Source: Patescibacteria group bacterium (GTDB lineage: Bacteria; Patescibacteriota; Microgenomatia; UBA8517). From it: a stretch of 64,000 nucleotides of DNA. The DNA lies in the NCBI GenBank assembly GCA_026416845.1, contig JAOAEL010000005.1, positions 229 to 64,228 of the forward strand, given 5' to 3'. The notes below the pieces were generated by a model. The model made no database searches, was not told the DNA's origin, and saw only the letters and a program-made list of their open reading frames with translations. The translations under genes were made by a program, and so were the position numbers. The number at the start of each line of letters is the position of its first letter. Position 1 is the stretch's first letter. Shown piece after piece: positions 27,601 to 37,860 of the stretch.

Positions 27601-28644
27601 TTAATCAACAAATTCTTTAAAATTTTCTTTTGTCAAAGTTACATTCGTTATACTTCCCTCTACCAACATTCTTGCAACTTTTCTAGCAACTCCTTGCAAT
27701 GTACGTTCAATAGTTCTCATACCAGCATCAAAACCAAAAGGACGAACCAAAAGAGGCCATACATCATCATTTATAACAAGCATTTTTTCATCTATTCCTG
27801 CCTCTTTTCTAACACGAGGCATCATATAATTTTTGGCAATTGCAATCTTTTCATTATCTGAATAGGATGGCATCGAAATTGGCTCTAAACGATCCATAAC
27901 AGCCGTCGAAATTGTTTGAGTATTATTAGAAGTGGCTATAAACAAAACTTCAGATAAATCAAAAGGATAATCAATATAGTGATCTACATACTCTTTATTT
28001 TGATTAGGATCCAGAAGTTCAACCAAAACACCCATAATTGAAGACCTGCCTTGCTCGGTAACCCGATCTATTTCGTCAAGCAAAACAACGCAATTTTTTG
28101 ATCCTGCCGATCTAAGGGCTTTTATAACTTTCCCTGGTTCAGCTTCAGCATGCATCCGAGATTGTCCTCGAAGTTCTAAAGCATCTCCCATACCACCAAA
28201 GGGAATACGCACGAATTTTCTTCCCATAGCTTCTGCTATAGAAATTGCTATTGTGGTCTTGCCAGTTCCCGCAAGTCCAACAAAGCATAAAATTGGAGCA
28301 CGATAAACTTCTGCACCTTCTCCTTTGTCTCGTTTTAATTTCATTACAGATAAATACTCTAAAACTCTATCTTTAATTTCGCTAAGCCCGTGATGATTTT
28401 TATCAAGTATTTCTTTTGCTCTATTAATATCTAAATTATCTTCCGTTCTAACATTCCAAGGCAAGGCCAAAATCCACTCTACATACCTTGTCATACTATC
28501 ATATTCAGGCAAAAAAGTTGGAGAATCTTTAAGATTGAGCAATTGATGTATTCTTGTTGTAATTTTATTTTTTAGATCAATAGGAATACCGGAAGCAGAA
28601 ACTCTCTCCAAAGTTAGTTTTAAATCTTGATCTATTGTACTCAT
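27601..28644 (-). CDS. Lon-type AAA+ ATPase module lacking the N-domain and the protease domain
   Basis: LPW, LDKNHHGL.EIKDRVLEYL, Walker A GLAGTGKTT, Walker B LLDEID, LLDPNQN...DHY.D.PFDLSEVLFIAT. It stops right after the helical AAA subdomain. Confidence 0.88.
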   Translation of the reverse strand: MSTIDQDLKLTLERVSASGIPIDLKNKITTRIHQLLNLKDSPTFLPEYDSMTRYVEWILALPWNVRTEDNLDINRAKEILDKNHHGLSEIKDRVLEYLSVMKLKRDKGEGAEVYRAPILCFVGLAGTGKTTIAISIAEAMGRKFVRIPFGGMGDALELRGQSRMHAEAEPGKVIKALRSAGSKNCVVLLDEIDRVTEQGRSSIMGVLVELLDPNQNKEYVDHYIDYPFDLSEVLFIATSNNTQTISTAVMDRLEPISMPSYSDNEKIAIAKNYMMPRVRKEAGIDEKMLVINDDVWPLLVRPFGFDAGMRTIERTLQGVARKVARMLVEGSITNVTLTKENFKEFVD

Positions 28645-28715
28645 TGTTTCGAAATTTTAAATAATATTAAACCTAATCAAAAAAGAGGAAAAGAGTATAA
28701 ATAAAATTAATCAAT

Positions 28716-30977
28716 TTACAAATCACCTTTATTATCTAAAAGCCTACTTGCAGGGAAATGAGGACCAGACGATTTACTACTTCGACCCCTTGTTTTATGG
28801 TCTGTGCTTAAACGTCTATGAACACTTTTACCTTTTGCTCCATAAGATAAACCATAGCTGCCACGACTACCTCTAATTCCTCCTTCGCTTTTAATTTTAT
28901 CTATCAAAGGATCCAAAAGCATTGATAAATTTAACCTGCCTTTATCATCTACTTCTTTAACTCGCACTTGAATTTTTTGGCCAACTCTTAAAATATCTGC
29001 AGGATCATTAATATAATCTTCGCTCATATCAGAAACATGAACCAAGCCTTCTTTACCAGGAAAGACCTCAACAAAAGCCCCAAAATTAGTCAATCGCTTT
29101 ACTTCACCTTCGTATATCTCACCTGCGTTAAATTCACGGACCAAACCTTCAATTATTTTTATTGCCTGATCAACAGCAACTTGATCGGAACCATAAACAC
29201 TAACACGACCATCATCTTCTATATCAATTTGCACACCCATACCAGCACTTATTTTCTTGATAGTTTTACCCCCAGAACCAATAATCTCGCCTATTTTTTC
29301 TGGATCAATTCGAATCATTTTAATTTTGGGAGCATACCTAGAAACACTTGTTCTGGGCACTGCAATAGCCTTTTCCATCACATCAAGAATTTCTTCACGC
29401 GCCTTTTTTGCTTGCTTGAATGCATCTTTCAAAATTGATAATGTCAAATTCAAGGTTTTAACATCTAGTTGCAATGCTGTTATTCCCAATCTAGTACCTG
29501 CAACTTTAAAATCCATATCTCCATTGGCATCTTCTAAACCAACAATATCCGCAAGCACTGTAAAATTTTTTTCATCTTCAACAACAAGCCCCATGGCAAT
29601 ACCCGCAACCATAGCTTTTATTGGAACACCAGCATCCATCAAAGACAATGTGGAACCGCACACAGAAGCCATAGATGTCGATCCATTTGAACTTAAGATT
29701 TCCGTTACAACGCGAATTGTATAAGGGAACTCATCTTCAGAAGGTATCACAGGCAAAAGCGCTCTTTCGGCTAAAGCTCCATGTCCAATCTCTCGCTTGC
29801 TAGGCGCTCCAACCTTTCCCACTTCGCCAACCGAAAATGGTGGAAAAACATAATGGTGCATGTAACGTTTTGATTCTTCTCCTTCCGCAGATTCTATCAA
29901 CATCTCAAGAGAAGAGGCGCCAAGTGTGGTTATAGAAAGAGCCTGAGTCTGTCCCCTTTGAAAAAGTGCTGATCCATGTGTCCTTGGGAGAACAGAAACT
30001 TCCGCAGAAAGCCGCCTTAGTTCATCAGTTTTCCTACCATCAGGACGATTTCCAGCAAGAATCATATTTCTAATTTCATTTTTAAATAGATTTTCAAAAC
30101 ATTTTACAGAAAGCGCTTTTTCATCCGTATTTTCAAACAAATCAGCAACCGCAAGTTTGAGATCTTCATACTCTGAAGATGATGCTTCTTTGGTTGCCAT
30201 TGATTTTACGAGAGAGGATAGCTTTTCTTTCAGTAAATCTTTTACTTTCTTTTCAATAGAAGAGGGAATACTAGTTTCTTCAACTAACTCTTTTTTGACA
30301 GGAATCTCTTTTGCAAAATCATTTATGAAATCAATTATTTGAGTATTTTGCTTTTGAGCAAATTCAATGGCTTCTATCATTTTATCCTCTGGCACTTGAT
30401 TGCTACCTGCTTCTATCATCACAATAGCATCTGATAAAGAAGCGACATACAACTCCATATCCGAAGATTCACTCTCTAAAAGAGTTGGATTTACTATAAA
30501 ATTACTATCCTTGAGTCCTACCTTGGTAAATCCAACTGGACCTTTCCATGGCAAAGAAGATATAGCTAAAGCCGCGGATACAGCTATTCCGGCCACAACA
30601 TTAGGACTATTTTCCAAATCCACAGATAAAACAGTGACAATAACTTGGACTTCTTTTTTATAGTTTTTTGGGAAAAGGGGTCTGATAGATCTATCTATCA
30701 ACCTTGAAGTTAAAATCTCTTCATCTGACGGCCTGCCTTCTCTTTTTACCCAACGGCTTCCCTTAATCCTTCCGCCAGCATACAAACGCTCTTGATATTC
30801 TACGGAAAGTGGGAAATAATCAATTTCTCGAGATAATGGAGCAGTTACAACTGTTGCTAAAACTACCGTTTCACCATATGTGGCTAAAACTGCGCTTGTT
30901 GCTTGTTGCGCAACATGCCCAGTCGACAAAGTTAATTTTCTGCCACCAATTTCAATACTTTTTTCTAACCTTTCCAT
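28716..30977 (-). CDS. pnp: Polyribonucleotide nucleotidyltransferase
   Basis: FPLSVEYQE, RLIDRSIRPLF, REIGHG, SNGSTSMAS, GDMDFKVAGT, KH and S1 domains. ATG 30977 (30980 is TTG). Confidence 0.97.
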   Translation of the reverse strand: MERLEKSIEIGGRKLTLSTGHVAQQATSAVLATYGETVVLATVVTAPLSREIDYFPLSVEYQERLYAGGRIKGSRWVKREGRPSDEEILTSRLIDRSIRPLFPKNYKKEVQVIVTVLSVDLENSPNVVAGIAVSAALAISSLPWKGPVGFTKVGLKDSNFIVNPTLLESESSDMELYVASLSDAIVMIEAGSNQVPEDKMIEAIEFAQKQNTQIIDFINDFAKEIPVKKELVEETSIPSSIEKKVKDLLKEKLSSLVKSMATKEASSSEYEDLKLAVADLFENTDEKALSVKCFENLFKNEIRNMILAGNRPDGRKTDELRRLSAEVSVLPRTHGSALFQRGQTQALSITTLGASSLEMLIESAEGEESKRYMHHYVFPPFSVGEVGKVGAPSKREIGHGALAERALLPVIPSEDEFPYTIRVVTEILSSNGSTSMASVCGSTLSLMDAGVPIKAMVAGIAMGLVVEDEKNFTVLADIVGLEDANGDMDFKVAGTRLGITALQLDVKTLNLTLSILKDAFKQAKKAREEILDVMEKAIAVPRTSVSRYAPKIKMIRIDPEKIGEIIGSGGKTIKKISAGMGVQIDIEDDGRVSVYGSDQVAVDQAIKIIEGLVREFNAGEIYEGEVKRLTNFGAFVEVFPGKEGLVHVSDMSEDYINDPADILRVGQKIQVRVKEVDDKGRLNLSMLLDPLIDKIKSEGGIRGSRGSYGLSYGAKGKSVHRRLSTDHKTRGRSSKSSGPHFPASRLLDNKGDL

Positions 30978-31090
30978 CAATAAATAGTTACTATAACTTT
31001 CAAATTAACTTGCAAAACAAAAGCTTGTTTTTGTAAACAATATGAAGTTATACCAAGTTTTCACTTGAACACTTTATGTAACTTAAATTT

Positions 31091-31360
31091 TTACTTCTCT
31101 AATTTTAGCTCCTTAACAAGCTTCTTATATCTTTCAGTGTTTTTCATTCTTAAATAATTAATTAATCTCCTTCGCTTGGCAACCATTCCCAAAAGACCTC
31201 TCCTGGAATGATTATCTCCTTTATGCTGATTTAGATGATTTGTAAGTTTTGTAATTTGAGCAGTCAAAAGAGCAACTTGCACTTCAGGAGAGCCAGTATC
31301 TCTTTTGTCTTGTGCATGCTTTTTTATAATTTTAATTTTTTCTTCTTTGGTAAGTGCCAT
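31091..31360 (-). CDS. rpsO: 30S ribosomal protein S15
   Basis: [22 protein letters not shown]. Confidence 0.98.
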   Translation of the reverse strand: MALTKEEKIKIIKKHAQDKRDTGSPEVQVALLTAQITKLTNHLNQHKGDNHSRRGLLGMVAKRRRLINYLRMKNTERYKKLVKELKLEK

Positions 31361-31437
31361 ACAAAGAAAATTTTAGCCAAGCAAATCAATTGGTATTAAA
31401 AACAAATAATTAATTCAAACAGCATTTTTACCCTGTT

Positions 31438-31466
31438 ATCTTAGCACGAATAATTAAGCTTATCAA
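31438..31466 (-). promoter_or_regulatory. Sigma70-type promoter for rpsO-pnp
   Basis: TTGATA(31466-31461)-17 bp-TAAGAT(31443-31438) with an extended TGn element. Confidence 0.55.
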
Positions 31467-31501
31467 TACAAATCTCTTTACAAACAAAAAAATTGAAAAA
31501 A

Positions 31502-33898
31502 CTAATCAGCAAACAAATTCAATTCATTTAAAGGTTGTTTGGTCATAAACTGTGAATTTACACTTTGAAACATGGAAAAATCAACACTTCCACTATCCGC
31601 TTCAAAGCTTAAAGAAGGATTGCTAGTAAAAACTTTATAAATCATTGCGCCACAAACCGAGCTTGGTTGGCCACAAATATTTTTAAACTGAGCACAAACT
31701 TTCTTATTGCCATCGCCACTATCAAGCTTCCAATATTTATAATCAGAATAATCTTCCCATATACTCCACTTAGGATCATCACTTGAAACAGTATTGCACT
31801 GAACACTAGGATCAACATTTATATATCTCATCATTGTTGCATTGGAAACTGAATTTTTAACAAAAGCAATATCAGGAAAAGCTTTCACAGCAGATCTAAC
31901 TAAAGTACATTTGGAAGGTTTCGGATTCTTTTGCCAATCATTCAAACTACAATCGCCAATCCTAACAGTCTCCCAAGAATTACACTGCACAGGTTGACAT
32001 TGCATCGATGTCGGAGTTGGAGAAACTCTAACTAAAGGATTATCACCCAAAACATACTTGGCACCAATCTGGGGCAAAAACATCCATGGAAAAACAGGGA
32101 TAGAAGAATATTTGGGAACACTAAAAGTAATTCTAATATCGGGATGAGAATTTTTCACTTCAACCAAAGAAGAAATTCCACGAACTTCCCAATCGCTATG
32201 ATTAGGAGCAGAAAAAATTCTAAACCCGCTAGCATAATTATTAATACTGGAAAATATTCTTGTTGGACACTGATAATCAAGATTATTAACAGGTCTACCA
32301 CCAAAATTTTTAACATACAAGAAGGTTCCAATACCTATTCTATGTTCAGCATTCATAAGGGCACAAATATCTCCAACATTGTCTAATCTAACCTCATCCC
32401 AACCTTTACCATTCCACGTTCTCCTGTAAACATAACTAATACCATCATAGTAAAATTCAGGCTCACTAGGACGTCTATTTGTAACCCAATCATTATAAAA
32501 CACAGTAGGTATTCTGGAAGACTGATTCTCTATTACCAATTCTGCAGGCCTAAAAATTCTAAAAAACTTGTTAGTTGGATCTTTAAATTGATGAGGAGTA
32601 TTCAAAGGCACTCTCATCTTGACGATAGTACAACATTCCAAACCTTGATTGTTATTTAAATCTTTTTCCAAAAATTCACTTCTTTTAACAGTTTTTCCTA
32701 AATCTTGACCAGAAACAGACTTTATAGTATCTGTGGAAAAGTCGAAAAAAATTAAGTATGGATTGGTAAATTGGTGGGCCGAACCTCCAGCTCCATGCCA
32801 CCTGCTTATTACAAAACCCATCCAAAGTCTGTTGGTAATTTCATCATGACTATAACTTGATATATAAGTCGTCTGATAACCAGTAGTATTAACATGCTCA
32901 GGTCTACCTTCCGGAAATTCAATAGAAGAGTGATCAATAACCCTACAATCAGGGTTTAAAACGTTTCTTGGTCTAGATGGAACACCAGGATCTATTAAAA
33001 CTTTGCGTGGAGACCAAGTATTTCCACGATCAGAAGATTTCATATAAACTTGAGGCTCGTAAAACATACACCACTCTTCAGCTTTCTCCGGAGTATCAGC
33101 AAGAACACACTTAGAAAGCCAATTGTCATCATCAATTTCTGCCCATCTACCATCTTTATCCAAGTCACACTGATAATTAGGATGCGACCTAAAAAAGATA
33201 TATATTTCCCCTTCATTATCAACAAAAGGGGAAACATAGGAATTGGGGGAATCTGCAATTGTTTTTATTTTCCATTTACTGATATCCCTAGGTCTTTCTG
33301 AAATAAAATGATAAATATCATTGCCAGAGTGAAGAGCGTAAAAAACATGAATATAACCCAAATTATCCATAACTATTGAAGGATAATTGTGCATATCTTT
33401 AGAATCACCCATAGATCCAAGTCTAACTGGCCCTTCCCATCGTTTTAAACTGTGATCATAAGCAACTATGTATGGGTCTGTAGCCGTCATATCATAAGTA
33501 ATAGTCCCGCGATACCAAGGAAAAGCACTAGGATTTCTTCTTTGCTCAGCAGGATAATCCATGGGCGTTTTACCATCATACTGGCCACCACCATAAACTA
33601 TATAAGTCTTGTTAGAAACACTGTCGTAAAGTCCAAAAGGAGTATCTCCGGAACGCGCATAATGACTTTGCTGTTCCGTGGCAAAATTAGTCCGATAAAA
33701 ATTAACATTTCCTATTCTACCCGAATGATAAGATTCGCGTTCGTAATTAAACCCAGCTTCAGAATAATACAAATTATAAAAACCCTTTTTGAACAAATAA
33801 ACACCTACAATCAAAGAAACAGAAAAAATCACCAAGGTGAAAATATGAAAAACTTGAACATTTTTGTTTTTAACTCCTTTAGACTTAATTTTAACCAT
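31502..33898 (-). CDS. Membrane-anchored BNR-4/Asp-box beta-propeller protein with Cys-rich C-terminal modules
   Basis: N-terminal TM, DMHNYPSIVMDNLGYIHVFYALH (BNR-4-type motif), Asp-box SSDRGNTW, SPTPT linker, many paired Cys. Confidence 0.7.
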   Translation of the reverse strand: MVKIKSKGVKNKNVQVFHIFTLVIFSVSLIVGVYLFKKGFYNLYYSEAGFNYERESYHSGRIGNVNFYRTNFATEQQSHYARSGDTPFGLYDSVSNKTYIVYGGGQYDGKTPMDYPAEQRRNPSAFPWYRGTITYDMTATDPYIVAYDHSLKRWEGPVRLGSMGDSKDMHNYPSIVMDNLGYIHVFYALHSGNDIYHFISERPRDISKWKIKTIADSPNSYVSPFVDNEGEIYIFFRSHPNYQCDLDKDGRWAEIDDDNWLSKCVLADTPEKAEEWCMFYEPQVYMKSSDRGNTWSPRKVLIDPGVPSRPRNVLNPDCRVIDHSSIEFPEGRPEHVNTTGYQTTYISSYSHDEITNRLWMGFVISRWHGAGGSAHQFTNPYLIFFDFSTDTIKSVSGQDLGKTVKRSEFLEKDLNNNQGLECCTIVKMRVPLNTPHQFKDPTNKFFRIFRPAELVIENQSSRIPTVFYNDWVTNRRPSEPEFYYDGISYVYRRTWNGKGWDEVRLDNVGDICALMNAEHRIGIGTFLYVKNFGGRPVNNLDYQCPTRIFSSINNYASGFRIFSAPNHSDWEVRGISSLVEVKNSHPDIRITFSVPKYSSIPVFPWMFLPQIGAKYVLGDNPLVRVSPTPTSMQCQPVQCNSWETVRIGDCSLNDWQKNPKPSKCTLVRSAVKAFPDIAFVKNSVSNATMMRYINVDPSVQCNTVSSDDPKWSIWEDYSDYKYWKLDSGDGNKKVCAQFKNICGQPSSVCGAMIYKVFTSNPSLSFEADSGSVDFSMFQSVNSQFMTKQPLNELNLFAD

Positions 33899-34102
33899 TT
33901 AATCTAAAAATCTAATATATATTAATCTAAAGATATAAGAACTAAACTAATTAGTCAAATACATAACTAATCTAAATCAGGTTTGGATCATATTAATTGT
34001 TTTGTCAATAAATTTTCTGAACATGCAAACATACATTTATGAGACAAGTATCACAGATAAAAAAACATTAACAACAAGATAAAGAAAAAAAGGTTTAGTC
34101 AA

Positions 34103-35089
34103 TCAAATATCAGATTTTCCTTTATAAATTTTAGGACGAAGCCAATCTTCAGGAGTTGCTTCTTGTTGTAAATCATCTTCTTTTTCTTTAGTTTTGGTCA
34201 AATCAAACTGAGAAAAATTGGTCAAGAGTTTATCAGCAAAAACAGCTTGCGGATAAAAACCTTTTTTAGATAAATGAGCCTGTAAATATGTAGAAGGTGT
34301 AGAAGGTGTAGAAAGAGAATTAAAATCAAAATTTGAGGTTTTTGTACCTGCATTAAAATTTTGATAATTTTTATGCAATCTTTTCCCTCCCTTTTGCATC
34401 AACTCTCCTACAACAAAAAATGTTTCACCGTTCAGGGATGCGATAGAAAGATAATTTGTCGCATTTTCTATGCCAGCTAAAAGATTAGTTGCAATATCAG
34501 GATTAATTTTCAGATTGGAATCTTTCATCATCAAAAAAACCAATTCTGAAATGGAAGACTTCGGTTGAGCAAAAGAAATCACTTGTCTTCCACCTGTTAG
34601 AAGAATATCTTTAATTCCAATATGCATTACACTTTTGTCAACAAAATCTTTTTTTTCAAGATCTGGAAAACTTGCATCCGATTCCCCTCCTATAAGAATA
34701 ACACAATCAGCAAATATACCTTCATAAGACAATTCTACTTGATCCTTTAATGGTGGAGGAACTTTAGTTCTTGGAACAATAGTCAATTTAAATTGTGAAT
34801 TTTCGATATCGTAACTAACCTTTTCAACATCTGCGGGATTATAACTTTTTAAACTAATTACAAGATTTTTACCTTCTAAATCTTGAGTAATTTTGCTTAC
34901 ACCAACAAGATCATCAAAATCATTAGACAAGATTGGAGTAGGGCAAGATATGCTCACATTTTTGTTTTCAAATTCGGACAAAGATAAATACAAAGAAACG
35001 CCTGCGGCAACTTGATCATAACTAGGGTGCAAAGGTAACAAAACTAAAATTGATTTTGCTTGTAAAACTAATTCTGAAAACGAACTCAT
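34103..35089 (-). CDS. Degenerate DHH-phosphoesterase-like protein
   Basis: DHH-fold-like order (ILVLLP.HPSYDQVAAG.SLY; SSISELV; IATNLLAGI..AT) but no DHH triad and no DHHA1 domain; follows infB. ATG 35089 (35092 is GTG). Confidence 0.7.
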   Translation of the reverse strand: MSSFSELVLQAKSILVLLPLHPSYDQVAAGVSLYLSLSEFENKNVSISCPTPILSNDFDDLVGVSKITQDLEGKNLVISLKSYNPADVEKVSYDIENSQFKLTIVPRTKVPPPLKDQVELSYEGIFADCVILIGGESDASFPDLEKKDFVDKSVMHIGIKDILLTGGRQVISFAQPKSSISELVFLMMKDSNLKINPDIATNLLAGIENATNYLSIASLNGETFFVVGELMQKGGKRLHKNYQNFNAGTKTSNFDFNSLSTPSTPSTYLQAHLSKKGFYPQAVFADKLLTNFSQFDLTKTKEKEDDLQQEATPEDWLRPKIYKGKSDI

Positions 35090-35147
35090 CACTAACTTTT
35101 AAGTTTAAAAAAATAATTTCAGGATTTAACTTTAACTTAAATAATTA

Positions 35148-36566
35148 TTATTTACGTATAGATACTATCATGTCCCCTGTGGAAAAATCAAGTTGAGGCA
35201 TGCATAAAATTCCACATTCTTCTCCTTGCTTTGCTTCATTTATGTCTTCTTTGCCACGTTTCATCGATACAATTTTAAGTTCTCCTTTTGATATGCCTTG
35301 CGACATTAAAACCACCCTATCTGATTTAGTTAATTTTCCACTCATAACTTTCACTCCACAAACTTTTTTGTTATCAAAGGGGAAAATTGCCAAAATTTTA
35401 GCTTTGCCTAATTCTTCAACATTACCCTTACTAATTAGTTCCTCAAGTCTATCAATGAGCTTATATATAACATCGAAGCATTCAATTTCCACACCTTCTG
35501 TCTTGGCTAAAAGGGAAACAGAGACAGGAACTTTAACTTCAAACGCGATAATTCTGGCAGTCGAGGATTTTGCCGTAAAAACATCCGATTCTGTAACATC
35601 TCCCACTCCAGAATCAACAACTATCACATTTTTAGGCAAACCTGCCAATATTGATTCTCTGGTGCCTTCATTATGGACCTTGACAAGAATGGCTAATTTT
35701 CCTGTAATATCCGACAAAGCAGGATTGTTTTTCTTGATTTCAATTGCAGGCAAGTTTACATTGATACCTTTTTGCAATATTTTTGATCCAACTTGAGGCA
35801 ATCCTGATAAACCAAGGATACAGGCCGGATATCCAGTAGACACTTTTTGTACTTGTTGATTTAAATCGTTATAAATTGCTCTAACTCTACCACTAACTGT
35901 ATCCGAAAAAACTTCTTGACCAACACAAAGAGTGCCATTTCTTACAATTACAGACGCTTTTGGGCCAGCTTTGTCTTTGAATGTTTCTATTACAACAGCC
36001 TCCAGTTGCCCAGAATCATCTCCTGACAATCCTTTGATCTGTGCAACTAAATTAATAATTTCCAAAAGCTCATTTATACCTGCACCCGTAACACTTGACA
36101 CACCCACACAAGGCACTTCTCCACCTCTTCCCTCAAAAACCACACCTTCAGCCTCTAATTGAGATTGAACAAATGGTATAGAACTTGTGGCAAGATCAAT
36201 TTTTGTTACAGCAACCACAAAAGGCAATCCTTCTGAACGAATAATTTCCAATGCCTCTTTTGTCTGCGTTTTTACGCCATCATCTCCTGCAACTACCAAA
36301 ACCGCAACATCTGCAACTTTGGCTCCGCGACTACGCATATTGGCAAATGCTGCATGACCAGGAGTATCTATGAATGTGATTTTGCCACCATCTTTTAGTG
36401 ATACAACCGAAGCACCAATACTCTGAGTAATACCTCCCTTCTCACGAGCAACAACAGATGTTTTTCTTAAATAATCTAAAAGCGAGGTTTTACCATGATC
36501 AACATGTCCTAATACAACAACAACAGGAGGTCGCATTGGTTGAACTTTTGTAGCTGTCACATTCAT
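35148..36566 (-). CDS. infB: Translation initiation factor IF-2, minimal form without N-terminal domain
   Basis: [43 protein letters not shown]. Confidence 0.96.
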   Translation of the reverse strand: MNVTATKVQPMRPPVVVVLGHVDHGKTSLLDYLRKTSVVAREKGGITQSIGASVVSLKDGGKITFIDTPGHAAFANMRSRGAKVADVAVLVVAGDDGVKTQTKEALEIIRSEGLPFVVAVTKIDLATSSIPFVQSQLEAEGVVFEGRGGEVPCVGVSSVTGAGINELLEIINLVAQIKGLSGDDSGQLEAVVIETFKDKAGPKASVIVRNGTLCVGQEVFSDTVSGRVRAIYNDLNQQVQKVSTGYPACILGLSGLPQVGSKILQKGINVNLPAIEIKKNNPALSDITGKLAILVKVHNEGTRESILAGLPKNVIVVDSGVGDVTESDVFTAKSSTARIIAFEVKVPVSVSLLAKTEGVEIECFDVIYKLIDRLEELISKGNVEELGKAKILAIFPFDNKKVCGVKVMSGKLTKSDRVVLMSQGISKGELKIVSMKRGKEDINEAKQGEECGILCMPQLDFSTGDMIVSIRK

Positions 36567-36670
36567 ATTCTAAAAAAATTTTTAGCACACATTCTTTCAT
36601 GTTAAATTAACTTGCATTAACATCTCCTTTGCTACCTTTGATTTCAATACAACTATTATTCAGAATTGCC

Positions 36671-37786
36671 TTATTTAGGATTCTTTTTCTGATTCGGCTG
36701 AAAATCAGTTGTCATACTAGACAATTCTGCATCTTCTGTGTCATAAACATCAGCCATTTTAACGTTTTGATCTGCATCCTTTTTCGTACTACCATCTTGA
36801 CCACCAGAATTATAACTTACAATTTTAATCTTCCATCCTGAAAGCTTTGCCACCAATCTGGCATTTTGTCCATCTTTGCCAATCGCCAAAGACAGCTGGT
36901 CTTCAGGAACTTTAATATATGCTATCTTCTCTACTTCGTCCAAACTAACCATTACATTAGTAGCAGGAGCAATAGCCGATTCAATCAATTCGGCAACATT
37001 GTCCGTATATTGAATTATATCTATTCTTTCTCCACTAAGTTCATTAGTAACCGCCTGAACTCTAATACCTTTTTGCCCTACACAGCTTCCAACAGGATCA
37101 ACTCCAGACTGTGTTGACATTACGCACATTTTCGTTCTCACTCCGGGTTCCCGCGCTATACTATTAATAACAACACTACCTGCAGCAATTTCTGGAACTT
37201 CACGCTGGAACAACTTCTTAACAAATTCCGGATCAGCCCTAGAAAGAACAATTTGTTTGCCAAAACTTTCATCGCGTATTTCTTTTATCAAAAATGTGAG
37301 TTTCTGAGAAATATTAAGTTTTTCATTAGGAATTCGCTCGTTAGCAGGCATTATTCCTTCGGCACGACCAAGATCAACCCTCACATCCGGACCATCAAAA
37401 CGAATGATCATTCCCGAAATTAGAGTATTGACACGACTAGAGAATTCATCAATTATAGCTCCTTTCTCAGCCTCGCGAATTTTTTGATGAATCACTTGCT
37501 TGGCAGTCTGAGCCGCAATTCTACCAAATCCCGGAGGTGTAACATCCTTCTTTCCTTCGGGGTCATTTTCTGGCCAAGCAAAAATTTTTGTTTCACCACT
37601 AACAGGATCAATCTCCACATCAAATTCCAAACCTTCTACATCTTTGCCTTGCTCATATGCATCTTTTTTATAAGCGGCAATTATTGCCTGCTTAATGGTG
37701 CTTAATATAACTTCTACGTCAAGCTTTCTGGCTGACGCTACTGCTTTTAACGCTTGAGCAAATTCTGTTCTTGGTCCTTGTTGCAT
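36671..37786 (-). CDS. nusA: Transcription termination/antitermination factor NusA
   Basis: FGRIAAQTAKQVI.QKIREAE, REPGVRTK, DPVGSCVG, QLSLAIGKDGQNARL. ATG 37786 preferred over TTG 37798. Confidence 0.97.
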   Translation of the reverse strand: MQQGPRTEFAQALKAVASARKLDVEVILSTIKQAIIAAYKKDAYEQGKDVEGLEFDVEIDPVSGETKIFAWPENDPEGKKDVTPPGFGRIAAQTAKQVIHQKIREAEKGAIIDEFSSRVNTLISGMIIRFDGPDVRVDLGRAEGIMPANERIPNEKLNISQKLTFLIKEIRDESFGKQIVLSRADPEFVKKLFQREVPEIAAGSVVINSIAREPGVRTKMCVMSTQSGVDPVGSCVGQKGIRVQAVTNELSGERIDIIQYTDNVAELIESAIAPATNVMVSLDEVEKIAYIKVPEDQLSLAIGKDGQNARLVAKLSGWKIKIVSYNSGGQDGSTKKDADQNVKMADVYDTEDAELSSMTTDFQPNQKKNPK

Positions 37787-37809
37787 AATTTTTGTCAAAA
37801 AAATTAAAC

Positions 37810-37835
37810 AAAAAAATAGTGGGCATACTCCCCAC
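37810..37835 (-). terminator. nusA leader attenuator-like hairpin (GTGGG...CCCAC plus U-tract)
   Basis: Minus strand GTGGG-GAGTATG-CCCAC-TATTTTTTT between the promoter and nusA; resembles the hairpin usually found before rimP-nusA-infB operons. Confidence 0.7.
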
Positions 37836-37860
37836 CGAAAAATTCACATTAACCTTTACA

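Noticed and set aside
31441-31467. TTAGCAC half-site upstream of rpsO (and a similar one near 36582)
   Set aside because: No matching second half-site at 9 bp spacing.
34289-34314. 9 bp tandem repeat TGTAGAAGG (about 3 copies)
   Set aside because: An in-frame STP-STP-ST slippage in a disordered linker; no sign of phase variation.
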